Assembly (NCBI GenBank): GCA_041674405.1
Contig: JBAYVT010000005.1
Span: 60,001-92,000 of the forward strand
Origin: Patescibacteria group bacterium
GTDB taxonomy: Bacteria; Patescibacteriota; UBA1384; XYA2-FULL-43-10
Direction of reading: 5' to 3'
DNA length: 32,000 nt
Shown here: positions 24,109 to 32,000 of the stretch, in pieces
Position numbering within the stretch: position 1 is the stretch's first letter
How the letters are laid out: each line of letters begins with the position of its first letter
The notes under the pieces: model-generated
Told to the model about the DNA's origin: nothing
What the model saw: only the letters and a program-made list of their open reading frames with translations
Databases searched by the model: none
Position numbers and translations under genes: made by a program

Positions 24109-24671
24109 CTATTTGTGTGTTTATCTATAAAATAGGCCTTGTTATTGTCATGATCTTGTTGGTTGTAAGAAAAATTTGGCGGATCAGTGGTTGCGGGACC
24201 ATATCCCCCGCAAATCCCGCCCACAGGGTAAAAAGCGGTGTTTCCGGAAGAAGTCTCAAGACGGGTAGTCAAACAATACTGATTTGGCCACAATATAACC
24301 CCGTAAGAATAAATCTCACTTTGATTCCACGATTCAAGTCCATTGTATGAGCTGAGTGCAACCTTTGGATCTTGCGGTAGAGAACTAAGATAGCCCGAAA
24401 GCCAATTGCCCAACTTGGGCCAATAGCGAGGGTCTGCAGAATCGTTGACATATGAGGCGAAGGTATCATGATCTGTGTTGGAATACCTATGCTTATCGGC
24501 ATATCTCATTTCCAACGCACTGGCGATGGACTCGAGATCGACCTTTCTTTTATTATCTCTGGCTTTGGCTTGTGCATTATTATAAGAAATGATAATTATT
24601 GTTGCCAAAATTCCGATTATTGCAATAACAACCAATAACTCAATTAATGTGAAACCTCTTTTTCTGTCCAT
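24105..24671 (-). CDS. type IV pilin / pseudopilin, paralog of 23461-24108
   Basis: The N-terminus [43 protein letters not shown] is nearly identical to the neighbouring gene over about 40 aa. An AGGAGG Shine-Dalgarno precedes the start. Confidence 0.8.
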   Translation of the reverse strand: MDRKRGFTLIELLVVIAIIGILATIIIISYNNAQAKARDNKRKVDLESIASALEMRYADKHRYSNTDHDTFASYVNDSADPRYWPKLGNWLSGYLSSLPQDPKVALSSYNGLESWNQSEIYSYGVILWPNQYCLTTRLETSSGNTAFYPVGGICGGYGPATTDPPNFSYNQQDHDNNKAYFIDKHTNR

Positions 24672-24679
24672 ATCCCCTC

Positions 24680-25438
24680 CTAAATCCTAAAATATCCAAA
24701 ATACCAATCAATAAAATATTGTCCCCAAATAAGGGCAATCAGCGCCGAGGCAATCAAAAACGGGGCAAATGGCAAACTATCTTTCATTTGTTTCTTTTTA
24801 GTAGCTAAATATATTACACCCACTATTGAACCGAGAACAAAGGCAGCGAAAATCAGAAACATCGCTCGCGGATAGCCAACCATGGCACCAACCAGAAAAC
24901 CAAGTTTGATATCGCCTGCCCCCATCCATTTTTCCCTAGATACAAGCACGAGTATAAGCGGGATCGCTCCACAGATTAATGAACCAATGAGCATATTAGA
25001 TAATCCAAAATTTCCAAAATACCATGATCCCAAAAGGGCGATTACAAGCCCTGTCCAGACAAATTCTTCCGGAATCAGTTCGGTTTTAAAATCATATACA
25101 AAAACGACGGTGAGTATAGAAAACAAAATCGCATAAAAAGCAAATTGCCACCCCAGCCCAAAAATATAATATAAAACTAAAAATAATAGGGCTATCCCCA
25201 CCTCAACGATTGGATATTGGATTGATATTGTTTTTTTGCAATATCTGCATTTTCCGCGCAAAATAACATAGCTTAAAAATGGGATAAGATCATACCATCT
25301 CAGCACCTCTTTGCAATGTGGACAATGTGACCTAGTATAAAGAACGCTTTTCAAATCATCAATACGGAAAATTATAACATTCAAAAAACTGCCAATCGCC
25401 AGTCCCACAAGAATCGCTATGATTGGATAAATATACAT
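24680..25438 (-). CDS. pilD: prepilin peptidase (A24 family)
   Basis: A polytopic membrane protein with the zinc-binding N-terminal motif CPHCKEVLRWYDLIPFLSYVILRGKCRYCKK and the GAGDIKL active-site Asp motif. Confidence 0.9.
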   Translation of the reverse strand: MYIYPIIAILVGLAIGSFLNVIIFRIDDLKSVLYTRSHCPHCKEVLRWYDLIPFLSYVILRGKCRYCKKTISIQYPIVEVGIALLFLVLYYIFGLGWQFAFYAILFSILTVVFVYDFKTELIPEEFVWTGLVIALLGSWYFGNFGLSNMLIGSLICGAIPLILVLVSREKWMGAGDIKLGFLVGAMVGYPRAMFLIFAAFVLGSIVGVIYLATKKKQMKDSLPFAPFLIASALIALIWGQYFIDWYFGYFRI

Positions 25439-25477
25439 TAAAAATACTCCTTATTCAATTTTTAAATTAATACCCAC

Positions 25478-25499
25478 AGGGTCCCCCTAAGGGGACCTT
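25478..25499 (-). promoter_or_regulatory. GC-rich hairpin immediately downstream of a pilin gene (attenuator or mRNA stabiliser candidate)
   Basis: The stem ggtcccc (25480-25486) pairs with ggggacc (25491-25497) around the loop ctaa, extendable by 2 weaker pairs. It begins 9 nt past the stop at 25508 and lies about 40 nt upstream of the pilD start. Confidence 0.4.
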
Positions 25500-25507
25500 T
25501 GTAGAAA

Positions 25508-26020
25508 CTAATCTGTTAGCGCATAATTGTAGTTTGCGGGCAACCCAACTGTTGAGGTTGGTGCTGTTGCATTCACTATTTGATATGTGCCCTCAGTGGC
25601 TCCCGGAGTAGCCTCACCTTTATCCGAATCTGCTGTATTTTCAAGCTCTGCGGCTAGAGCAAAATCAGCCGGGGTGCCAGCAGTGCCATTGTGGGATAAA
25701 TACATATACGGATTTGTTCCCTGTGGATCTGCAGGCATTGTCTTAAGATAAAGCCCTCCCGCAATAAGAGCGGCTGTAACCGTGTTTCCAGAAGCTGCCA
25801 AAGATTCAAAAGTATCATCAGCGGTAGCAGCCGGGAATTGATCCTTGTCCGTGTTATATTGGGCGAGAGCGGACTTGATCGTACGAAGATCATTTTTTCT
25901 TCTCGCATCGCGAGCCTTGGCTCTGGCACCATTAAGCGCTACAAGCACCATAGCTGCCAAAATGCCAATGATGGCGATAACTACAAGAAGCTCAATTAAT
26001 GTAAAACCTCTTTTTTTCAT
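25508..26020 (-). CDS. type IV pilin (major pilin candidate)
   Basis: The N-terminus is [45 protein letters not shown]. The product is 170 aa, with an AGGAG Shine-Dalgarno. Confidence 0.85.
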   Translation of the reverse strand: MKKRGFTLIELLVVIAIIGILAAMVLVALNGARAKARDARRKNDLRTIKSALAQYNTDKDQFPAATADDTFESLAASGNTVTAALIAGGLYLKTMPADPQGTNPYMYLSHNGTAGTPADFALAAELENTADSDKGEATPGATEGTYQIVNATAPTSTVGLPANYNYALTD

Positions 26021-26050
26021 AAAAACTCCTAATGATTTATTAGTATTGTA

Positions 26051-26473
26051 CTAATCGCAGTTTGATGTTGAGCCAACAGTACAAGTAATAGATGGATACC
26101 CCGTAGCAGGAGTTACAGCCATTGCTGTTAACGTCGTTCCATTTAAAGCATTGGTTACCGTGTAGGAGTAACCGTCACTGGCAGCTGTTAATGTTGGCCA
26201 AACAACATTTGCCGCATCTGATGATACGCCTGCGGGGATATTGCTGCAGATATTACCAGAGGGGGTTGTATTTGCGTGAGCTGCACCAAGATTTCCACCA
26301 TCTACCACACAAATAGAAATCGTCTTTAGGGCCTGGTTAAGATTTGAAACTGCTGCAGCTTTTTTGGCGGCCGGCCTTGCATTAGATAATGCAATAATAA
26401 TGATCGTCGCCAAAATGCCAATGATTGCGATAACCACCAAAAGCTCGATAAGTGTAAAACCTCTTTTTTTCAT
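26051..26473 (-). CDS. type IV pilin (major pilin candidate)
   Basis: The N-terminus is [38 protein letters not shown]. The product is 140 aa with a strong AGGAGG Shine-Dalgarno. A C-terminal Cys pair (ITC...NCD) is consistent with a pilin D-region disulfide. Confidence 0.85.
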   Translation of the reverse strand: MKKRGFTLIELLVVIAIIGILATIIIIALSNARPAAKKAAAVSNLNQALKTISICVVDGGNLGAAHANTTPSGNICSNIPAGVSSDAANVVWPTLTAASDGYSYTVTNALNGTTLTAMAVTPATGYPSITCTVGSTSNCD

Positions 26474-26543
26474 ATTCCTCCTTTAACGCTTATTACAGTC
26501 TTGATCGACCCCTCCTAGGACAAGACAGTTTTTTATATTAAAA

Positions 26544-27746
26544 CTACTGAATTTGCGCAATATTATAAATCGGCACCAAGATTGCAAAAATGAGAAATGC
26601 CACGCCAAAGCCAATAACCAAAAGCACGGCTGGTTCAACCAGAGTGGAAATGCCCTTAATTTTTTCGGATGTTTCAGATTCATAATATGTTGCAACCTTA
26701 TCCAGCACCTTATCCAGTTTGCCAGTCTGCTCACCAACAGCTACCATCTGCCCCATAAGTCCGGGAAAAGAAACGTCCTTGGAGAGTGGAACGGAAAGCG
26801 GAACACCTTTTTCTACTTCTAAAGCCATCTGCGCGATACTTTCTTCGTAAATTTGATTATTCATTGTGGCACCAGCAATTTTTAATGAATCAAGTATTGG
26901 CACGCCAGACGAAATTAGCATTTCGAGCGTACGCGAAAATCTGCTCATGTAAATCCCTTCGGATAATCCTTTAATACCGGGAATTTTCAATTGCCATATG
27001 TTTAGTGTTCTGGCTCCCACGTCAGAAACGAGCCAAAAACGAATTCCCAAAACCAACAAGATCAAGATTATCAAAGCTAGCCACCACATATTTGTGAAAA
27101 ATCCTGAAAGGGCTATCAAAACCCGCGTGGCCACCGGCAATGTAACACCATTCGCCTTAAAAATTACATCTAATTTTGGAATAACCGCAACAAGCATATA
27201 TACACCAATACCAAGCAGGGCAACAAGTATAAATATCGGATAATAAAGTGCGCTTTTGATCTTGCCCACAAAATTGTTATCATTTTCATATTTATCAGCC
27301 AGTTGCGATAATACCACCTCGAGATTACCCGTTGTTTCTCCTGATCGTGCAACAGACACGAAGATTCGGTCAAAAACGTTCGGATGTTTTGCCAGTGCTG
27401 TTGAAAAAGCGTAACCTTCTTCGATATCCTTGAAGATTTCATAATAAGCAGCCTTTAATTGTTCATTCCGCGCTTGCTTCGCGACGATACTCAATGCTTT
27501 TGACAATGTAAGCCCAGCACCAATCATTGTGGCGAGTTGGCGGGCAAAAACAGCTTTGTCTTTTAGGGTTGCTTTGGAAACAAACAGATTATTAAAATTT
27601 AGTTGTTTCCTTTCTGCGATAATTTCACTAGGAAACAACTTGTTTGAAAGGAGCATTTTTTCAGCCGCAAATTCATTCGCCGCTTCTACCGAGCCGGTTA
27701 CATTTGCCCCTTTGTCGTTTTTTGCTTTAAATAGAAATTTCGCCAT
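26544..27746 (-). CDS. pilC: type IV pilus platform protein PilC (GspF family)
   Basis: The 400-aa ORF has the duplicated GspF architecture: two cytoplasmic domains alternating with TM segments, plus FARQLATMIGAGLTL and FSRTLEMLISSGVPI repeats. Confidence 0.9.
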   Translation of the reverse strand: MAKFLFKAKNDKGANVTGSVEAANEFAAEKMLLSNKLFPSEIIAERKQLNFNNLFVSKATLKDKAVFARQLATMIGAGLTLSKALSIVAKQARNEQLKAAYYEIFKDIEEGYAFSTALAKHPNVFDRIFVSVARSGETTGNLEVVLSQLADKYENDNNFVGKIKSALYYPIFILVALLGIGVYMLVAVIPKLDVIFKANGVTLPVATRVLIALSGFFTNMWWLALIILILLVLGIRFWLVSDVGARTLNIWQLKIPGIKGLSEGIYMSRFSRTLEMLISSGVPILDSLKIAGATMNNQIYEESIAQMALEVEKGVPLSVPLSKDVSFPGLMGQMVAVGEQTGKLDKVLDKVATYYESETSEKIKGISTLVEPAVLLVIGFGVAFLIFAILVPIYNIAQIQ

Positions 27747-27828
27747 ATATCAGTTTGTTGTTATTGGTCCGTAGTTTTTAGTTAATTTCAACTGGCTTTT
27801 AGTTTTTATATTTAAGTTATTAACTAGC

Positions 27829-28899
27829 TTAATAAACCATCATCTTAAAGCTCTTCGGATCAAGCGACCATGAAAGCGCATCCTCGAGCGTAATTTCGCC
27901 CCTTGATACCAATTCAGCCAACACTTTATCAAGGCTGATCATGCCTTCAGACGCAGAAGTCTGAATCACATTTGGAATTTGATGAATTTTACCTTCACGA
28001 ATCAAGCTGCGAATTGCAGAGTTCGCAATCATAATCTCTGCGGCCATGACGCGACCACCATTGACTTTTGGAATCAATCTTTGTGACACCACCCCAAGAA
28101 GCACTGAGGCTAATTGCGATCTTACCTGTTGTTGCTGGTGTGGCGGAAAAACAGAAACAATACGATCCGCGGTTTGAGCAGCGGAATTTGTATGAAGTGT
28201 GGTAAACACTAAGTGGCCAGTCTCAGCCATCGTAAGAGCCGCATCTATGGTCTCCAGATCTCGCATTTCACCCACCAGAACAACATCCGGGTCTTCACGA
28301 AGGGCTGATCGCAGTGCACGAGCAAAAGTATTGGTATCCTGCCCGACCTCTCTTTGTGAAATGAGTGATTTTTTGTGTTCAAAAACATATTCAATTGGGT
28401 CTTCAATCGTAATGATATGATTGCGTTTTTCGGAATTTATCCGGTCTATCATTGCAGCCAATGTGGTAGATTTTCCTGAACCAGTCGGTCCGGTAATAAT
28501 TACAAAACCCTGGCTTGGCTCGGTAAATTTCTCTAAAATCGGCGGCATGCCCAGCTCTTCAAATCCCCTAATTTTGCTCGGAATTAAACGAAGCGAAGCA
28601 GCTTCGTAGCCCTTTTGGTAGTAAATATTGACACGAAAACGCATTTCTTTGTAACCAAAAGAGAAATCAATCTCCTTTTTCTGTTTCAAAAGAAGAAGAA
28701 CATCTTCAGATACGATACCCGAAATCAACTCTTTGGCTTTTGCCTGAGTGACTGCTGGCACTTCTGGAATCGAGAACAATTTACCATCTACGCGTAATGT
28801 GACCGGAACACCCACGCTAATGTGAATATCAGAAGCATTCTTGGATATCGCATATTCAAGATATTTGCTCATTTCCGGACTTAATTTCCCCTCCGTCAT
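27829..28899 (-). CDS. pilT: type IV pilus retraction ATPase PilT
   Basis: It has Walker A (GPTGSGKSTT), REDPDVVLVGEMRD, the His box HLVFTTLHTNSAAQT and the AIRSLIREGK motif. The length is typical of PilT. Confidence 0.9.
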   Translation of the reverse strand: MTEGKLSPEMSKYLEYAISKNASDIHISVGVPVTLRVDGKLFSIPEVPAVTQAKAKELISGIVSEDVLLLLKQKKEIDFSFGYKEMRFRVNIYYQKGYEAASLRLIPSKIRGFEELGMPPILEKFTEPSQGFVIITGPTGSGKSTTLAAMIDRINSEKRNHIITIEDPIEYVFEHKKSLISQREVGQDTNTFARALRSALREDPDVVLVGEMRDLETIDAALTMAETGHLVFTTLHTNSAAQTADRIVSVFPPHQQQQVRSQLASVLLGVVSQRLIPKVNGGRVMAAEIMIANSAIRSLIREGKIHQIPNVIQTSASEGMISLDKVLAELVSRGEITLEDALSWSLDPKSFKMMVY

Positions 28900-28936
28900 A
28901 TACCCTCCAAAATAGTACTAAAGAGCACCTATAACC

Positions 28937-28965
28937 ATTATAAATATACGCTTAATTGTAGTCAA
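28937..28965 (-). promoter_or_regulatory. near-consensus sigma70 promoter upstream of pilT
   Basis: The minus strand reads TTGACT (plus 28960-28965), exactly 17 nt of spacer, then TATAAT (plus 28937-28942). A GGAGGG Shine-Dalgarno lies before the ATG at 28899. Confidence 0.5.
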
Positions 28966-28996
28966 CTGCTTTTAAGATTTTGAGGTTAACGCTTTA

Positions 28997-31516
28997 TTAG
29001 CTGCTTGTTGCACGGAATACTTCATCAATAGTGGTCAAACCCTCAAGTGCTTTAAGTATTCCATCTTGTTTCATCGTAATCATCCCGTCTTTTAAGGCCG
29101 CTTCTCTGATTTCGTTCGCCGGCCTTTTCTCAACAGTAAGGGCCTCAATTTCATCTGTCATGCGCAAAACTTCAAATATGCCGATTCTTCCCACATAACC
29201 TTGTGAACAATTACTGCATCCCACGCCATGGTAGAATTTAAATTCTGATGGAATTCTTTTTTTGTCTTGTTCGTTTTGGGCTGATATGGCGGATAATTCT
29301 TTTTTAACCTCTTCGATAAACGCTTGCGGAACTTTCATTTCCTCTTTGCACTTTGGGCAGATTCTACGGACTAGTCTCTGTGCAATAATGATGTTGATTG
29401 AAGAGGTGATCAAAAACGGTTCAATTCCCATATTTGTAAATCTGGGCAAAGCGCCCGAAGCATCATTCGTGTGAAGAGTAGAAAGTACGAGGTGGCCAGT
29501 AAGCGCGGCGTGAGTTGCCATCTCAGCAGTTTCCCCATCCCTAATTTCACCAACCATCACCACATTTGGGTCTTGGCGCAGTACACTGCGCAATCCTTCT
29601 GCAAAGGAAAATCCGATACCTGGTTTTACCTGGCACTGGTTAACTCCATTAATTTCATATTCAACAGGATCTTCGAGGGTAACAATATTCACCGATGGTT
29701 TACTGATTCGATTAATAATTGCGTATAAAGTTGTGGATTTTCCAGAACCAGTGGGGCCTGTGGACAGAATAATTCCGAATGGTTTTCCGATCGCCTCAAT
29801 AGTTAAATCAAAACCACGGCCGATCATCCCCAGGTCTTCAAGGGAAAGAATGCCCTGATCTTTGTCTAGGATTCTCATCACAATCTTTTCGCCATGCACC
29901 GTAGGCAGTGAAGAAACTCGAACATCCACCTCTCGATTCTTAAATGTAACGTCAAACCTTCCATCCTGCGGAACTCTTGTTTCATCAATTTTCAGTTTTG
30001 ACAAAATCTTCACACGGCTCGTAATCGGAGGATGCAAAGACAACGGCAATCTGATAATATCTCTCAAAATTCCATCAATTCTATATCTGACGCGCAGATC
30101 CTTTTGTTCTGGTTCAATATGAATGTCAGATGCGCGCTCAAACAAAGCGAAATTTATTAAAGCAGCAACTATCTTGGGTGCCGAAGAATTCTTGATATTG
30201 CTTTTTAGGCCCTCGACATCAACAATATCTCCTTTAAGATAGGCCCCGATGTTTTTTTCGCTTTCTTCCACGCTTTCATCAGTTTTTGGATTTTTTTCAA
30301 GCTCTTCCGTTGCAATTTCGCTGATATCAGTCTTTGATTCGAGATCAGGATTATCACTTGGCTGCTCACCATTTTGCCCTGCAGTCTTATCTTCAACGCC
30401 ATCGCCAGTTTTTGATTCAGTCTTTGTGGGTGATTTTATATCTTCCGGGGCAGTAATATTGCCAACCGCAGCTGTTTCTCCGCCTGGCTGAGCCCCAAAT
30501 GGGGCAACGATTGTCTCTTTTTCATCCCCACTCTCTTCGCTGTCAATTCTAATTACTGGCGTTACCTGAGAAACGGGCTCCTTTTTTCCAAGAAAAGAGC
30601 CAAACAAGCTCGAAAGTGTAATAATTTCATCACCAGATGATTGCTTTTTTTCAATAACTTTTTCTTTGGTTTTTTCTTCTTCCACCTCTACTTTGACAGA
30701 ATTTTCTTTTTTATTCTCAAGCTTTTTCTTGTATGCCTCGATCGCATAGTCGATATCTTCGCGAGAAGTGGCAAAAATTTGAAAATTAATTTTGTTAGCA
30801 TTCTCCAAAGATTTGATGGCCTTGTGCAAAGCAGTATCATCTGGGTTCTCTGCTGCCAGAGCGAATGAATTATCCGTTTTTTTGTAAAAAACAACTACCC
30901 GATACTGCTCAATAAATGAAAGCGGAAGCTTGCCCAGATATTCCGACCTTATGTCCTGATTTCGCAAAAAGACCGTCGGATAACTTCCGGTAGACAATAA
31001 ATCCTCAAACTTTCCCTTTTGGTCGTATTGTTTTAACGCCTCCAAAAAATCTGATTTTGCGGTTATATATAAATCTAAATTCAAATGCCTATCTTCGATA
31101 ATTTTTTGAAGGCCCTTGTTGAAATTTAGAGACAATTCCGTGGGATTGGCAACAGCAAGCTGCAATGATCCCTCCTTAAGCCCAAATGGGATCACAGAAA
31201 ATTTTTCTGCAACTGATTTCGGTATAATACCAAAAACATCGTGTGGAATTTCAAAATTCTTTAGGCTGACATATGGGATTTTCAAAAGAATACTATACGC
31301 TTTGTTTATGGTGTCCGAACTGACAATACGATTTTTCAAAAGAAAATTTTCCACATCTCTATTGGTTCGGTATTTTTTCTTGAGTTTGGTTGCGTCAGGT
31401 GCGGTTAGTAATCCCTGCATTACAAACACATCCAAAACAGACTGGGTAATAGAATTATAATCCAATCCATTCAAAAAATAAGAGTTTTTTGAAACTGTTT
31501 GTGACATTGTATTCAT
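28997..31516 (-). CDS. pilB: type IV pilus assembly ATPase PilB (GspE family) with extended N-terminus and an acidic disordered insert
   Basis: The C-terminal core has Walker A (GPTGSGKSTT), RQDPNVVMVGEIRD, GHLVLSTLHTND and a tetracysteine motif (CPKC...CSNC). The N-terminus has a T2SSE_N/MshEN-like segment (IPYVSLKNFEIPHDVFGIIPKSVAEKFSVIPFGLKEGSLQLAVANPTEL) and a second partial copy. Between them and the core is a Glu/Lys/Asp/Ser/Thr-rich insert of about 180 aa. Confidence 0.9.
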   Translation of the reverse strand: MNTMSQTVSKNSYFLNGLDYNSITQSVLDVFVMQGLLTAPDATKLKKKYRTNRDVENFLLKNRIVSSDTINKAYSILLKIPYVSLKNFEIPHDVFGIIPKSVAEKFSVIPFGLKEGSLQLAVANPTELSLNFNKGLQKIIEDRHLNLDLYITAKSDFLEALKQYDQKGKFEDLLSTGSYPTVFLRNQDIRSEYLGKLPLSFIEQYRVVVFYKKTDNSFALAAENPDDTALHKAIKSLENANKINFQIFATSREDIDYAIEAYKKKLENKKENSVKVEVEEEKTKEKVIEKKQSSGDEIITLSSLFGSFLGKKEPVSQVTPVIRIDSEESGDEKETIVAPFGAQPGGETAAVGNITAPEDIKSPTKTESKTGDGVEDKTAGQNGEQPSDNPDLESKTDISEIATEELEKNPKTDESVEESEKNIGAYLKGDIVDVEGLKSNIKNSSAPKIVAALINFALFERASDIHIEPEQKDLRVRYRIDGILRDIIRLPLSLHPPITSRVKILSKLKIDETRVPQDGRFDVTFKNREVDVRVSSLPTVHGEKIVMRILDKDQGILSLEDLGMIGRGFDLTIEAIGKPFGIILSTGPTGSGKSTTLYAIINRISKPSVNIVTLEDPVEYEINGVNQCQVKPGIGFSFAEGLRSVLRQDPNVVMVGEIRDGETAEMATHAALTGHLVLSTLHTNDASGALPRFTNMGIEPFLITSSINIIIAQRLVRRICPKCKEEMKVPQAFIEEVKKELSAISAQNEQDKKRIPSEFKFYHGVGCSNCSQGYVGRIGIFEVLRMTDEIEALTVEKRPANEIREAALKDGMITMKQDGILKALEGLTTIDEVFRATSS

Positions 31517-31521
31517 TTCTC

Positions 31522-31776
31522 TTATTCCGGATTAGCAAATGGGTTTGCTTTGCCCATTTTTGTAGTTGGGTCAGGAAGCGGTATTCCGGCATTGTTCTCA
31601 CGACCCTGAACAAGCGTCTCAGCTTCATCCTTAACCCCGGAGATGTCAAGAGTAATATAAGATGCCGTATTTTGTACCGAGATGCTTGAATTATTTTTCC
31701 AGATCATGTAAAAACCAACGATAGCGATCGTGAGAAATATTAGGCTTAAAATTAAATTGAATGTTCTTTTCTTCAT
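31522..31776 (-). CDS. small single-pass membrane protein of the pilus locus (hypothetical)
   Basis: The 84-aa ORF has an N-terminal TM helix (LILSLIFLTIAIVGFYMIW). It overlaps the upstream PilO-like ORF by 4 nt and ends 6 nt before pilB. Its function is unknown. Confidence 0.5.
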   Translation of the reverse strand: MKKRTFNLILSLIFLTIAIVGFYMIWKNNSSISVQNTASYITLDISGVKDEAETLVQGRENNAGIPLPDPTTKMGKANPFANPE

Positions 31777-32000
31777 TGTGTCTCCCCCGCACTAACACTT
31801 CCTCTGGTATAAACCTCCAGGGTATAAGATGCCGATATGATATTTTCTTCCGGAGAAGTCATTGATAGCGCCTTTATGCGCATAAATTTAATGCTTTTTT
31901 CGATCGTGTCGGTAAATGCGCTTATGTTTTCAAAAGAACCGGAAACTGAAAAACTTACATTCAATAGATTTCCTGCTGTTACAGTTTCCGCCCCCTCGCC
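31773..32000 (-). CDS. PilO-like pilus alignment protein, C-terminal part (gene continues beyond window end)
   Basis: The frame stays open to position 32000; the codons upstream of the track's TTG start are not stops. The C-terminal pattern VSFSVSGSFENISAFTDTIEKSIKFMRIKALSM...YTLEVYTR resembles the PilO ferredoxin-like C-terminus. Its position upstream of pilB also fits. Confidence 0.4.
   Translation of the reverse strand, partial: GEGAETVTAGNLLNVSFSVSGSFENISAFTDTIEKSIKFMRIKALSMTSPEENIISASYTLEVYTRGSVSAGETQ

Noticed and set aside
26495-26535. A hairpin (acagtcttg...caagacagt, 9 bp with 1 mismatch, 17-nt loop) followed by a T-run between pilC and the first pilin, considered as a terminator.
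   Set aside because: The T-run follows the stem only on the plus strand, where there is no gene to terminate. On the coding (minus) strand there is no U-tract. It may block antisense transcription, but the evidence is too weak to call.
23439-27442. Alternative-frame ORFs inside the pilus genes (23439-23639, 24078-24350, 24269-24502, 24882-25136, 25654-25932, 25845-26054, 26122-26316, 26483-26737, 26553-26822, 26786-26974, 26998-27243, 27170-27442).
   Set aside because: Each is nested in or antisense to a pilin, pilD or pilC gene that has clear family motifs.
1-32000. CRISPR arrays, rRNA or tRNA genes, transposases, integrases, and toxin-antitoxin or known defence-system genes.
   Set aside because: I looked for regularly spaced repeats, T-loop/acceptor signatures in every intergenic gap longer than 60 nt, and DDE, tyrosine-recombinase or reverse-transcriptase-like translations in the ORF track. 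None was found.

Overview
This is an AT-rich, tightly packed bacterial window. Spot counts give about 40% G+C (6991-7050 = 24/60; 12001-12060 = 24/60). Every convincing gene except one lies on the minus strand.

Contents in coordinate order:
- the 5' part of prfB;
- two tandem paralogous DUF11-repeat surface proteins, one of them LPXTG-anchored;
- a sharply bounded high-GC insert (4601-4660 = 43/60, 5401-5460 = 38/60 G+C) with two translationally coupled secreted proteins I cannot assign to any family;
- an orphan non-coding stretch of about 330 nt with intermediate GC;
- a cupin-type glucose-6-phosphate isomerase, dus, cysS, a small Zn-ribbon protein, recR, topA and dprA;
- a lone plus-strand acidic ORF;
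- a short (604 aa) Mfd;
- an rplU-secE-nusG-rplK block that ends in a terminator, with no rplA after it;
- a SEDS protein, DUF167, RNase HI and trpS;
- a type IV pilus locus of about 10.4 kb: seven prepilin-like genes, pilD, pilC, pilT, an 839-aa pilB, a small membrane protein and a PilO-like gene running off the window.

The overall style looks like a CPR/Patescibacteria-type genome: small overlapping genes, LPXTG plus type IV pili, a truncated Mfd, and rplK without rplA. That is inference only.

The strongest candidate for something new is the foreign-looking GC-rich two-gene secreted module at about 4385-6540, together with its upstream non-coding region to about 6870. It sits exactly in a host intergenic gap next to the surface-protein paralogs. 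An assembly chimera cannot be excluded from sequence alone.

All product calls come from motif recognition in the supplied or self-made translations. No database search was possible.
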